A stretch of DNA of 64,000 bases, taken from positions 3,648,001 to 3,712,000 of the forward strand of contig OZ242029.1 in assembly GCA_965205015.1 (NCBI GenBank), read 5' to 3'. Source of the stretch: Candidatus Poribacteria bacterium. Its GTDB lineage: Bacteria; Poribacteria; WGA-4E; WGA-3G. The number at the start of each line of letters is the position of its first letter. Positions within the stretch are counted from its first letter, which is position 1. This document shows positions 17,373 to 27,282 of the stretch, in pieces. The notes under the pieces were generated by a model. The model had not been told where the DNA came from and made no database searches. It saw nothing but the letters and a program-made list of their open reading frames with translations. A program made the translations under genes and the position numbers.

Positions 17373-18416
17373 ATGTACGATTTAGTTACATTTGGGGAGG
17401 CGATGATCCGACTCACCGCCCCGGAATATATGCGCCTTGAACAGGTATCATCGCTGGCAATCACAGCAGGCGGCGCAGAGATGAATGTCGCCGTGAATGC
17501 TGCACAACTCGGCATGCGGACGGCGTGGGTTTCACGACTCGTGGACAACTGGTCGGGTCGCTACATCCGTAACAAAGGGCGTGAACTCGGCGTGGATATG
17601 TCGAACATCATTTGGGTAGATTTCGATGGGATCGGCTTGGAGCGGAACGGATTTTATCATCTGGAAATGGGGGCGGGTCCGCGCGCGAGCAGTGTCACTT
17701 ATGACCGTGGCTATTCAGCGATTTCCAATGTGCAAGTCGGTGAGATCGATTGGGCATCTATTTTCAGCAATGCGCGCTGGTTCCACCTCAGTGGGATTAC
17801 GCCTGCTTTGTCGGCATCCGCGGCGGCGGTCTCGGCAGAAGCACTCAAAGCGGCGCGCGCGGCGGGGGTCAAAACGAGTTACGACCTGAACTTTCGTTCC
17901 AAGTTGTGGAGTGCAGCGGAAGCGCAAGCGGCGAATCAACCGATGATGGAGCATGTTTCTGTTCTTATCGGGAATGAAGAGGATTTCGAGAAATCGCTCG
18001 GTTTCGCGGCGGAGGGGACGACTGAGTCGTACAGTAGCCTTGAACCCGATAGCTACCAGGCGGTTGCACAGCGCGTCAAGGACGCGTTCCCGAGCATTGA
18101 AATGATAGGCACGACATTACGGGATGCCAAAACGGGGTGGCTGAACGATTGGCGGACACTCCTGTTTGATGGTGAAGAATTCTATTTGTCCCGTATCTAT
18201 GAGGATTTAGAGTTGGTAGACCGAGTCGGTGGCGGTGATAGCTTCTCATCGGGACTCATCTATAGTCTGCTGAATGGAAAATCACCACAAGAGGCAGTCG
18301 ATTTCGCAGGTGGGTATTCCGCTTTGGCGCATACGTTCCCTGGGGACTTCAACTGGGCGACAGCAGAAGAGGCAGAAAAAGCGATGGAAGCGGGGGGCGT
18401 GCGTATCAACCGCTAA
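17373..18416 (+). CDS. kdgK: PfkB-family sugar kinase, 2-keto-3-deoxygluconate kinase-like
   Basis: GGAEMNVA, DLNFR, NEED, DRVGGGDSF, HT.PGDFN. Confidence 0.8.
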   Translation: MYDLVTFGEAMIRLTAPEYMRLEQVSSLAITAGGAEMNVAVNAAQLGMRTAWVSRLVDNWSGRYIRNKGRELGVDMSNIIWVDFDGIGLERNGFYHLEMGAGPRASSVTYDRGYSAISNVQVGEIDWASIFSNARWFHLSGITPALSASAAAVSAEALKAARAAGVKTSYDLNFRSKLWSAAEAQAANQPMMEHVSVLIGNEEDFEKSLGFAAEGTTESYSSLEPDSYQAVAQRVKDAFPSIEMIGTTLRDAKTGWLNDWRTLLFDGEEFYLSRIYEDLELVDRVGGGDSFSSGLIYSLLNGKSPQEAVDFAGGYSALAHTFPGDFNWATAEEAEKAMEAGGVRINR

Positions 18417-18428
18417 ATAGAAAAAATT

Positions 18429-19439
18429 ATGGAAACCAAAATTCTTCTTTCTCCTATTTTTGAAAATACCGAATTCGATACTGCGGAACGTCGGGCGGCG
18501 TTGGCAGATTTAGCGCAGTTCGGTGAGTTGGGTATCCATCCCCCGGAACTGACCGCGGAACATGCTGAGGGCGTCGTTGGTGTGGTCGCAGGGGGAGTGC
18601 CTTTTCATGAAAGTTTCTATCAAGCGACGGAATCGCTCCGAATCATTGCGCGGTGGGGCGTGGGATATGAAACCGTTAACGTTGATTTAGCGACGGCGTG
18701 TGGGGTCATTGTCACGATTGCGCCTGAACACATGGTGACCGTCGCCGAGTATGCGATTGCACAGTGGTTCGCGACGATGAAGCGGGTCTACACCCTAAAC
18801 AATGCCTCCCATAACGGGGATTTCGGGCTTATCAAGACCCATGAGGTGATGGGGTCGACACTCGGTTTGTACGGCTTCGGTCGGATCGGTCAAGAGGTTG
18901 CGCGTCGAGCGCGTCCACTGCTCGGTGAACAGGGAAGGCTTTTGGTGTATGACATTCGTCCGGATATCGCTGAAATTGCGGCGGAATATGGGGCAGAGGC
19001 TGTTGATACACCGCTAACACTTTTCCAGGAGAGCGATACTGTATCTCTACACCTATCGGGTGCGGATACTGTTGTCGGCTATGAGGAACTCTGTGCGATG
19101 AAACCGCATGCCTCTCTCATCAACCCGTCGCGCGGAAACCTCGTTGACGATGCAGCCGCCAACCGCGCCGTCAGCGAAAACCGACTCTGGTATTATGTCG
19201 TGGATGATCCGGTTAATGGACCCCGAGCGATTCACAAAGACCACCCGCGTATTATCTGTACGAATCACAACGCCGGCATGACTGTTGAATCCGGTATTCG
19301 GTTGGATCTTCGGACGATTGGGCAGGTGACAGATGCGATTGAGGGGCGCGCACCGGCATACATGCTGAATCCAGAAGTCTTGGAGCATCCGAGGGTTAAG
19401 GCGTTTTGCAAGGACACTTCGCAACCCCTGAAGCTGTAA
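18429..19439 (+). CDS. D-isomer-specific 2-hydroxyacid dehydrogenase
   Basis: GVGYE, GFGRIG, INPSRG, H.AG motifs. Confidence 0.85.
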   Translation: METKILLSPIFENTEFDTAERRAALADLAQFGELGIHPPELTAEHAEGVVGVVAGGVPFHESFYQATESLRIIARWGVGYETVNVDLATACGVIVTIAPEHMVTVAEYAIAQWFATMKRVYTLNNASHNGDFGLIKTHEVMGSTLGLYGFGRIGQEVARRARPLLGEQGRLLVYDIRPDIAEIAAEYGAEAVDTPLTLFQESDTVSLHLSGADTVVGYEELCAMKPHASLINPSRGNLVDDAAANRAVSENRLWYYVVDDPVNGPRAIHKDHPRIICTNHNAGMTVESGIRLDLRTIGQVTDAIEGRAPAYMLNPEVLEHPRVKAFCKDTSQPLKL

Positions 19440-19441
19440 CT

Positions 19442-20557
19442 TTAGTGCTTTTGAAGTAAGAAAAGGAATTCTCGGTTCGGCTTCTCAGCGGCGTTCACCC
19501 ACTCATGCGTCCATCGCATACCTGCCATGACGTTTCTTTTGTAGGCGAGTTCGAGGACAGCGAGCAGTTTCCCGTTGTTTTGCATGACTTCGTTGAGTTG
19601 TTGGGCGGTTGCGCGACCCCCGGAACTATAAGAGAGCAGAATCCAGCGGGCGTGTGTCTCTCGGATTAACGTCGCAATGGCTTGGACGGCGATGAAGTGT
19701 CCGTCGTCATTGCGCCGGAATTCCTCGAATATGGAAGCGGCGAGGGGATCTGATGTATCCTTTCGCCGTTTTGCTTTGCCGAAAAGGGTGGGTTTGTCGA
19801 AAAGGACAACGCTTTTCCAGAGGTGATAGTAAGCGGCATATCGGACGCGGGAGGGTGGCATCTTCTCGTTGTTTGAACCGTAGGGCGGATCGAAATAGGC
19901 GAGATCAACGGAGACACGCGGCACGAGCTCAAAGATGTCGGTTTGATGGACTTGATGATTCCCGTCTGACGTGAAAACCTCCGGTACCTCCAACACGAAT
20001 TCTTTGTAAGCACGGGGTGCCCACGCTTTGAGATAGGCAGAAAAATGGCCAAGGGTGCTGTCGACGCGGTCGAGTGCGAGCATCAGGCTCGTGAGCGCGA
20101 CGGCTTTTTCGATGGGATCGAGTTTGAGGGTTTCTATTTCCTGTCGAACGGCATCTAATTTACGGGTGTTGTGGCGTTGCCACGGTTTTTTGCGTCCGTC
20201 TGCTTGGATTGCGCAGCCACCGTTGGCGTGTCCGCCGTAGTGTTCCGTGAACCAGCCATCCATAGGTGGAACGGCGTTGAGGTGATCGATGAGCGGTTGG
20301 TATGCTTCTCTCGGTTTTGTGTTGAGGAGGTAGCAGGTCCCGAGAACTTTTGACCACGGCGCGACATCGTTACAGATGACGGTATAGCCGAGTCTGGCGA
20401 GTGCTTGTGAGACGCGGGTGGTACCTGAGAAGCCGTCCAGGATTGTTTTGGCGTTGACTTTTTTGACGAGTTCCAAGACGTGTGGGATGAGTTTCAGCTT
20501 GGAGCCGATGTATTTGATGCCTTGTGTGGGCGGGGTGTGGAGAAGCGTGTGGGGCAT
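19442..20557 (-). CDS. Orphan DNA adenine methyltransferase (D12/FokI-like)
   Basis: YIGSK, DGFSGT and DPPY motifs. Start placed at ATG 20557 because the upstream extension is repeat-derived. Confidence 0.85.
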   Translation of the reverse strand: MPHTLLHTPPTQGIKYIGSKLKLIPHVLELVKKVNAKTILDGFSGTTRVSQALARLGYTVICNDVAPWSKVLGTCYLLNTKPREAYQPLIDHLNAVPPMDGWFTEHYGGHANGGCAIQADGRKKPWQRHNTRKLDAVRQEIETLKLDPIEKAVALTSLMLALDRVDSTLGHFSAYLKAWAPRAYKEFVLEVPEVFTSDGNHQVHQTDIFELVPRVSVDLAYFDPPYGSNNEKMPPSRVRYAAYYHLWKSVVLFDKPTLFGKAKRRKDTSDPLAASIFEEFRRNDDGHFIAVQAIATLIRETHARWILLSYSSGGRATAQQLNEVMQNNGKLLAVLELAYKRNVMAGMRWTHEWVNAAEKPNREFLFLLQKH

Positions 20558-20582
20558 GGATTTATGGTGATGGTGTATTTCG

Positions 20583-20763
20583 TCTGAATCGCGGATTGGC
20601 GCGGATTTTACGGATTTCGCGGATTTTGGGGTTTTCGGTATATCCAATATCTTGAGTGGCGTGTTGGGTTTCGCTGGATTTCAAAGTATTCGAGTCTCTT
20701 GGGAATGTGATTTTTCCTCCGGTATAAGTGTCACTTTCTCATGCTCGCTCAACCCAACCTACG
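20583..20763. repeat. GCGGATT repeat run plus a GTAGGTTGGGTTGAG REP-like element
   Basis: Four (G/A)CGGATT units, then GTTGGGTT...AACCCAAC inverted repeat ending in CCTAC. Confidence 0.55.
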
Positions 20764-20777
20764 TCCTGAACCAACCA

Positions 20778-21707
20778 TCATTCCTCTATTTTATCCTTTT
20801 CAGAGTCATAAAGACGATATATTCCTCTTGATACCCGCCAATATCTATCACTGCCTCCAGGATAATGATGCCTTGAAGGATGGTTCACACAATCCGAATA
20901 AAGTTGGCAGTCTGCTGTACTGGGATTAAAATCGGAGTATTTCTCCAAAATAAGCTTACGAAGTTCTTTTAGTGTAAATTCAAAGCTGAGGTTTTTTCCT
21001 GTTAACTCCTGTACTGCCTCCCATACTACCTGATTTACTGGTTTATCTCCAGACCACCGTGAGGTTTGTGAAGTTCGCTGCTGCCGCGTTTTAGGCGTAA
21101 CGATCTTTTCTTCTCCGACTTTCGTTTCCGTACTGACGATTTCTTCTCCGGATTTAGTTTGAAACTTTGAAACCGCTATACAACTGACATCCATTTTGTA
21201 TAATGTTCGGAGGAATCGGCAAACACTCGTTACCCGCGGATGTATTTCTTCTCCAATGACAAACAAACGCAATTTCCGCTTGAGGGGTGGGAGTTCGTCG
21301 GTTTCAGGTATATCAAACACCTCCCTGAATGCATCCGGGAAAGTTTTACCTTTGAATTCGTCGCGTTTTTCAAAATAGGCATCAGCAATTTCATGAATCT
21401 GTTCAGGTGAAAGTTCATTTGCCCATGCTGCGTACTCAAGTAATTGGGCAACTACACTTCGTGGTGTTTTTCCACGCTTGAATTCAACGATGACGAGATT
21501 GCCTTCTGCATCCACGCCGAGCAGGTCTGGAAAGATAGTTCCTTCTTCATCTTGGGCACTCGGTTGTCTGTCGATCCACAGAACGTGTTCGCCTTGGATA
21601 ACTGCCCACGGGCTGTTTTCAAGCCAAATCTCCAGATGTTGTTCAAGTTCAACGTCTGTTTCTTCTGCGATAATAAGTCTATCTCCGTCCAATCTGAAAA
21701 TAGGCAT
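20778..21707 (-). CDS. NucS/EndoMS-like PD-(D/E)XK endonuclease with a C-terminal winged-helix-like domain
   Basis: E..LE, PDLLGVD, IVEFKR, QLLEY; C-terminal CVN.PSR.H...RG.Y domain. Confidence 0.75.
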   Translation of the reverse strand: MPIFRLDGDRLIIAEETDVELEQHLEIWLENSPWAVIQGEHVLWIDRQPSAQDEEGTIFPDLLGVDAEGNLVIVEFKRGKTPRSVVAQLLEYAAWANELSPEQIHEIADAYFEKRDEFKGKTFPDAFREVFDIPETDELPPLKRKLRLFVIGEEIHPRVTSVCRFLRTLYKMDVSCIAVSKFQTKSGEEIVSTETKVGEEKIVTPKTRQQRTSQTSRWSGDKPVNQVVWEAVQELTGKNLSFEFTLKELRKLILEKYSDFNPSTADCQLYSDCVNHPSRHHYPGGSDRYWRVSRGIYRLYDSEKDKIEE

Positions 21708-21726
21708 TGTTTCTCCCGAAAATCTA

Positions 21727-21850
21727 CAGAACTTACGCGATGCGCAATGAATTGTGCAACTACGAACCACACTTTTTTCATAACATCTCGTATTTACAAA
21801 AGCTCAATGTTTGTAGAGATGCGATTTATCGCATCTCTGTGTAAGTCCTA
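21727..21850. mobile_element. MITE-like element of the AGGACTTACGCA family containing two GTAG REP hairpins
   Basis: CAGAACTTACGC...TGTGTAAGTCCTA ends; internal GTAGAGATGCGATTTATCGCATCTCT and GCGCAATGAATTGTGCAACTAC. Confidence 0.55.
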
Positions 21851-21852
21851 AT

Positions 21853-22422
21853 CTATTCAAAAAGTTGGGCGATGGGACACGTAAACCCTTCCACGACATC
21901 CTCACCTGTCAATGTGTCCGCACTTGTAAGCACTGTGAAATCTGTCTCGGAGCGGTAGACCATCACCGTCTTCGCGACGGGCTCAATCACCCAAACAAGG
22001 CGTGTCCCCGCCTTCAGATAGGCTAACGCTTTTTCGGTAACATCGTAGTGTTTATCTGTCGGCGAGACGACTTCGACCACTAAATCCGGCGGAATAGGCG
22101 ACCCTTTCCACCTGTCTTTCGGCAGCCGTTTTGTCGACACAAACGCGACATCCGGTTTCACCACCCTATCCCTTAAGCGAAATGTCGTGCCTGCGGTATA
22201 AGAACGTCCCAGCTGATGCTCAAAGATATGTAAACTCAAATGGCGGATAACATTACTACAGATTTCACCGTGTTCCATCGAGGTGGGTGGCATAGGGACT
22301 AATGCTCCTTTCACATATTCATACCCCTCTAAATCATTTTCAAGAAATTCGTCCAACGTCATTTCGGTTTTGTGTGCCGGTATCTCTTGAACAGATTCAG
22401 GGTTCCTTTGTGGATTAAGCAT
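21853..22422 (-). CDS. Uma2 family endonuclease
   Basis: YEYV.G, H, PDVAF, PDLVVEVVSP, Y..AG..LVWVI.P. Confidence 0.9.
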   Translation of the reverse strand: MLNPQRNPESVQEIPAHKTEMTLDEFLENDLEGYEYVKGALVPMPPTSMEHGEICSNVIRHLSLHIFEHQLGRSYTAGTTFRLRDRVVKPDVAFVSTKRLPKDRWKGSPIPPDLVVEVVSPTDKHYDVTEKALAYLKAGTRLVWVIEPVAKTVMVYRSETDFTVLTSADTLTGEDVVEGFTCPIAQLFE

Positions 22423-22477
22423 CAATTTTTTCCTCCCAACTTGATATTAGGCATTGCATCTACAGTCATTCCACAAC

Positions 22478-23716
22478 TTATGTATGGCGAATTGCGTCAA
22501 TGGGCGTCATTTTGGCGGCTTGGCTGGCGGGATAGTAGCCGAAAAAGATGCCGATCATCGTGCCTGCAGCGACGGAAATTAGCACGGCTTCGGGGGTAAT
22601 TACAGATGGCCAGGTAAGCTCTCCAAAGAACTGACTTACCACCCATGCAAAGCCTTTCCCGACGACGGCACCAAACGCGATACCGAGCAGACTCCCAATG
22701 AGACATAATAGCACGGATTCGGTGAGGAACTGTAAACGGATGTCGAGACTTTTGGCACCGACAGCTTTCCGTAATCCGATCTCAGGGATCCGCTCTGTCA
22801 CCGAAACGAGCATGATGTTCAGAATACCGATGCCAGCGACAATCAACGCGACAGACGCAATGACGACAAGCACCATCTCTATAACAAAGATAATCCTTTT
22901 TCCGGCTTCAATCCCCTTTTTCGCGTTCCACGTTCGGAAAAAGGTATCGTCGTCACCGTGATTGCGCATGATAACGGCTTTCACCTCTTTCAGTGCCTGC
23001 TCAACCAGATCGATACTTTTGGCACGTGCGATGATGGCGCCAACCCGGTTCCGCCCGCCAAAACGGGTTTGTGCGGTTGTAATCGGAATGAAAATCATCT
23101 CGTCTTGGCTTTTGCCTTCGTCGAAACCATCACCCCGAGATTTCATAATGCCAACGACAGTGAAACGCTGGTTATTGATGCCGACCTCCTCGCCAATCGG
23201 ATTCTGTCCTTTAAATTGCTCCTTCCAGACTTTCGCGCCGATGACGCAGACCTTGTTCCAGAGGTCCATATCGGTATCGGCGATAAATCTTCCATATTCA
23301 GTTTCCCACTTTTGGACGGCTTGGTATTCATTTGTCGTTGCTCGGACATAACCCCTTCGGTGTTTCCCCTCAACTTCAAAGTCGATGGAATGACTTCTTT
23401 CGACGGTAGCGACCTCAACAGAAGGGCATTCTGTTAGAATGTCGTGGAGGTCTCGCATCTCTAAGTAATGTGGACTGGTGTTTTGTTGCCACCGATCGTT
23501 CTTTTCGATATAACTGGGTCGGTAAACACCGAACATACTCGGTCCACCGATGGTCTCAATTTGTGTCATCATGAGTTTTTCAGCACCTGCGCCGAAAGAC
23601 ATCATGGCGATCACACCCGCAATACCGATCGTTATTCCTAAGAGTGTGAGGATCGTGCGGAGTTTGCTCCCGCGAAGCACTGAAAACGCTGAGATGAGAT
23701 TCTCTAAAATTTGCAT
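22478..23716 (-). CDS. ABC transporter permease (MacB/FtsX family)
   Basis: LR..LTLLGI.IG, GI.NIMLVSVTER..EIGLRKAVGA, FL.ES. Confidence 0.92.
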   Translation of the reverse strand: MQILENLISAFSVLRGSKLRTILTLLGITIGIAGVIAMMSFGAGAEKLMMTQIETIGGPSMFGVYRPSYIEKNDRWQQNTSPHYLEMRDLHDILTECPSVEVATVERSHSIDFEVEGKHRRGYVRATTNEYQAVQKWETEYGRFIADTDMDLWNKVCVIGAKVWKEQFKGQNPIGEEVGINNQRFTVVGIMKSRGDGFDEGKSQDEMIFIPITTAQTRFGGRNRVGAIIARAKSIDLVEQALKEVKAVIMRNHGDDDTFFRTWNAKKGIEAGKRIIFVIEMVLVVIASVALIVAGIGILNIMLVSVTERIPEIGLRKAVGAKSLDIRLQFLTESVLLCLIGSLLGIAFGAVVGKGFAWVVSQFFGELTWPSVITPEAVLISVAAGTMIGIFFGYYPASQAAKMTPIDAIRHT

Positions 23717-23725
23717 GTCTTTTCT

Positions 23726-24976
23726 CTATGTATGACGGATGGCGTCAATGGGAGCCATTTTAGCGGCTTGACTGGCGGGATAGTAGCCGAAGAAGATACC
23801 TACCGCTGCACCCGCGCCGACGGAGATGAGAACGGCTTCGGGGGTCAGGACGGAGGGCCACGCCATTTCTGGTATAAACTTACCGACTATCCATGAGAAA
23901 CCTTGCCCCACGATAGAACCGAACGCGATACCGAGTAGACTCCCGATCAGACACAACAACACAGATTCCGTGAGGAACTGTAAACGGATGTCAAAACTTT
24001 TCGCGCCGACGGCTTTCCGTAATCCGATCTCAGGGATCCGTTCCGTCACTGAGACGAGCATAATGTTCAGGATACCGATACCGGCGACAATCAAGGACAC
24101 AGAAGCGATCACGACGAGTACTGATTCTATGATAAAGATCATTCTTTTCGCGTGTGCGATCCCCTTTTTCGCTGACCAGGTTCGGAAGAAGGTATCGTCA
24201 CCGCCGTGGTTGCGCATGATGATGGTCTTTACTTCTTTGAGTGCTTGATCCACGAGCAGCGGACTCTTGGCACGTACCATGATGTGTCCAACGTGGTCGT
24301 GTCCCCAAAACCGTTTCTGTGCGGTTGTAATGGGAATGAAGAGCATATTGTCATCGCTTTTGCCTCGCTCCAGGCCGTCTCCTCGACTCTCCATGATCCC
24401 GATAACCGTGAAACGTTTATTATTTCCGTGATTGTTGATGATGACTTCCTGACCGATCGGGTCCTGTCCTTTGAACTGTTCTTTCCAGATTTTGGAACCG
24501 ATGACACAGACTTTTGTCCAAGTGTCCATATCGGTATCGGCGAGGAATCTGCCGTACTCTGTGCGCCAGTCGCGAACGGCTTGGTATTCATTTGTCGTGG
24601 CGCGGAGATAGGTTTTTTGAAATTTTCCATCGACACCGAGGCTGATGTAGTAGCTCCCCTCGACCGTGGCGACCTCAACAGAGGGACATTCCGCTAAGAC
24701 ATCATGGAGGTCTTGCATCTCTAAGTGGTGTGGGCTGGTGTTGCGTTGCCAACGCCCGTTCTTGCGGATATATCCGGGTCGATAAACGCCGAACATGTTG
24801 GGACCCCCGATCTGGTTCACCTCCGCCATTAGGAGTTTCTCGGCACCGGCGCCGAAAGACATCATGGCGATTACCCCCGCAATACCGATCGTTATTCCTA
24901 AGAGCGTGAGAATCGTACGGAGTTTGCTCCCGCGAAGCACAGAAAACGCTGAGATAAGATTTTCCAGGATGTTCAT
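23726..24976 (-). CDS. ABC transporter permease (MacB/FtsX family), tandem paralog
   Basis: Same motifs; termini nearly identical to the adjacent gene. Confidence 0.92.
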   Translation of the reverse strand: MNILENLISAFSVLRGSKLRTILTLLGITIGIAGVIAMMSFGAGAEKLLMAEVNQIGGPNMFGVYRPGYIRKNGRWQRNTSPHHLEMQDLHDVLAECPSVEVATVEGSYYISLGVDGKFQKTYLRATTNEYQAVRDWRTEYGRFLADTDMDTWTKVCVIGSKIWKEQFKGQDPIGQEVIINNHGNNKRFTVIGIMESRGDGLERGKSDDNMLFIPITTAQKRFWGHDHVGHIMVRAKSPLLVDQALKEVKTIIMRNHGGDDTFFRTWSAKKGIAHAKRMIFIIESVLVVIASVSLIVAGIGILNIMLVSVTERIPEIGLRKAVGAKSFDIRLQFLTESVLLCLIGSLLGIAFGSIVGQGFSWIVGKFIPEMAWPSVLTPEAVLISVGAGAAVGIFFGYYPASQAAKMAPIDAIRHT

Positions 24977-25399
24977 TTTTTTTCCGTTTGGCGTAATATT
25001 TGTTCAGGGTTTGGGCATAAATTAGCAAAAACTTTTGATTGCATCAATTCTCAAGGTATGCTAAACTTTTTTCAATGAAAGATGGAGAGAACTCGGGAAC
25101 CGATACCGTTTCTTGATATTAAAGTATATCACAAAACGTTTAGAGGTTGCAAATCACTTTTTAACTGTGGGTCTCTGGGCACCGCTCCCTGTGCGAGTCT
25201 CTATAGGAAACCTGCAGGACACTGTACACGATGGTTTCTGGTGTATTCAAATTTCTTTCCATGTTTCCATTCCAGTTGGAATTGATCGAGAACCCGCTCG
25301 TAATGCAATTGGGTTTCCTTAAATGGCAGAATTTGTCTTTGCTTTACATGTGGAGAGCGGGGCAAGGGCTCCATAATTAAAAAATTAGGAGCGAAAGTT

Positions 25400-27253
25400 G
25401 TGCAGACGGTTCCTTTTGACGCGGGACACACGCTATTGTGGCGCGGGTCGCAAGAAGCAAGCGTACATCAAGCGGAATTAACCCGTTTGGTGCGACGCGG
25501 GGAACGCGCATGGGTTTTGCTACCGGCTGCGTTGTTAGAAACACGGTATCAATTGAACGCTGTGGAACAGTCCTTTGGTGATGTGGAACCAGCGACAGCG
25601 ATTCAGAGGAAACTCCGTCAATCTCAGTCGCGGAACGGAGTGGAGTACAATCAACACCACTTAATTGCACACCCCCAAGCGGATGCCCCCTGCTATAATA
25701 TCAGCGAGTATGTCCAGCGATGCATAGCAGGTGATCTTGAAATCGCGGAACGGCTTCGCGAACGGACGGTGATTCACCTGTACCAGACGGCATCGGCAAC
25801 GGAGGACCTTTTCGACAGGACGGAGGTTTCAGGGTTTATAGCACGCGTGTTGGTAGATTATTTAAAGCGCTACGGTAAAAATCATCTTATTGGGTTTACC
25901 TGTGAACTACCGAGATTTTTGTCCTTAGTAAACGTTCTAAGAAATGGTATAACGTCGGTGCCGTGGAGTCCTACACTGTTGGAGAGGACTGAGGAGACGC
26001 TTACAGCATATCTGCCCTTGATTTTCTATGAAACTTACAACTCGGCGGCAGTCAGGAACACATTTTGGAACGAGTTGACAACGCGATTCGCCACCTGTTT
26101 TCTGAGAGGTGTGCGCGATTTTTGTCATCAGGAAAAACTACAGTTCGCTTTAAGTCTCCCCGCGAGTGCAAAGGCACTGGAATTTGAGTTAGGGGCACTG
26201 TTGGCAGAAGTGGACTGCCCGATTCTAAACGCCACCGAAATAGATACACCGAAGCGACTCACCATTGCGAAATGGGTTTGTAGCAACACACAGTATGCTG
26301 GTATTTCACGAAAGGCATCCGAGAAAACGAGCAGACGAACGGTGTTTGAAGATGCGAGTCTCGGTTTCAATCTGTGGATAAATACGGAGCAGGCGGTAGC
26401 CCCGAAATCTTCTACGACAACGGAAAGATTATCACGCGGTTATCCAAAGAGACCGCTCCTTATGATCGCCCCGACACAGAGTCTCTGGACGAAACCTGAT
26501 GAGAAGCAGTGGAACGGATTGACGAAGGCGTGGGGATGGTTGTGTCAGAGTGTGTGGGAATTGGGATACGACTTCAGGATTGTCTCGGAGCAGGAACTGC
26601 GTTCAGCAGAAATAGCACAAAGCTCTGTAGGAAACCTGTGGGACGCTGCTGGCGGCATACGAAAACGGGGCAATCGGAGCGCGGGACTCAGTTTCCCGAA
26701 TGACCGAACAGACATTAAGGAAATTTATAAGGTTATTCTGCTTCCGAGTTGCATCTCGCTTCAAGAAGAGACGGTTAAACGTCTGAGCGGGTTCACGAAA
26801 GCGAAGGGGAGATTGATAGCGGACGAGCCGATTCCGTATTTGCTCAACGGCAGGATTGGACTTGAGCCGTATCCGCTGGAACACCTTATCTATGGGCGGC
26901 GGACAACTCTTCTACGGGGTCCACAAAACGAGAAAATTGAGAAGCTCAAAAAATGCCTTCAAAGATGGGTGGATCGTCCGATATCGGTGTATGTAAAGCC
27001 CAACAATGCCGTGGCAGATACCGTTCAGGTGCACCACCGAGGCGGGGCAAACTCTGAACGCTTTTATCTCTTCAATCACGGCGGTGAACCGATGGATGCC
27101 TTGATTGAAATGCCCTCCGTGGCGTCGCACGTTGCGGAATGGGATCTGTTTCAAGGCGTGGAAGAACGCGTTGATTTTTGGCACGCGAATGGAAAAACGT
27201 ATTTCAATAGTGCGTTTACAGTCAAACAGGGGCGACTTTTTGTGGTTTCGTAA
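25400..27253 (+). CDS. Hypothetical protein, possibly a degenerate glycoside hydrolase with a GATase-like trimerisation domain
   Basis: Long ORF with PWS..L, FW..L...F, GYDF.IVSE, YKVILLP and FYLFN segments that resemble GH-associated proteins; catalytic residues not identified. Confidence 0.55.
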   Translation: MQTVPFDAGHTLLWRGSQEASVHQAELTRLVRRGERAWVLLPAALLETRYQLNAVEQSFGDVEPATAIQRKLRQSQSRNGVEYNQHHLIAHPQADAPCYNISEYVQRCIAGDLEIAERLRERTVIHLYQTASATEDLFDRTEVSGFIARVLVDYLKRYGKNHLIGFTCELPRFLSLVNVLRNGITSVPWSPTLLERTEETLTAYLPLIFYETYNSAAVRNTFWNELTTRFATCFLRGVRDFCHQEKLQFALSLPASAKALEFELGALLAEVDCPILNATEIDTPKRLTIAKWVCSNTQYAGISRKASEKTSRRTVFEDASLGFNLWINTEQAVAPKSSTTTERLSRGYPKRPLLMIAPTQSLWTKPDEKQWNGLTKAWGWLCQSVWELGYDFRIVSEQELRSAEIAQSSVGNLWDAAGGIRKRGNRSAGLSFPNDRTDIKEIYKVILLPSCISLQEETVKRLSGFTKAKGRLIADEPIPYLLNGRIGLEPYPLEHLIYGRRTTLLRGPQNEKIEKLKKCLQRWVDRPISVYVKPNNAVADTVQVHHRGGANSERFYLFNHGGEPMDALIEMPSVASHVAEWDLFQGVEERVDFWHANGKTYFNSAFTVKQGRLFVVS

Positions 27254-27282
27254 GATTTAAAGTCGCTTCTCATGTTAACAAT

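Noticed and set aside
20558-20647. His-rich, KSAKSV-repeat N-terminal extension of the methyltransferase
   Set aside because: It is the translation of an intergenic GCGGATT repeat; the likely start is ATG 20557.
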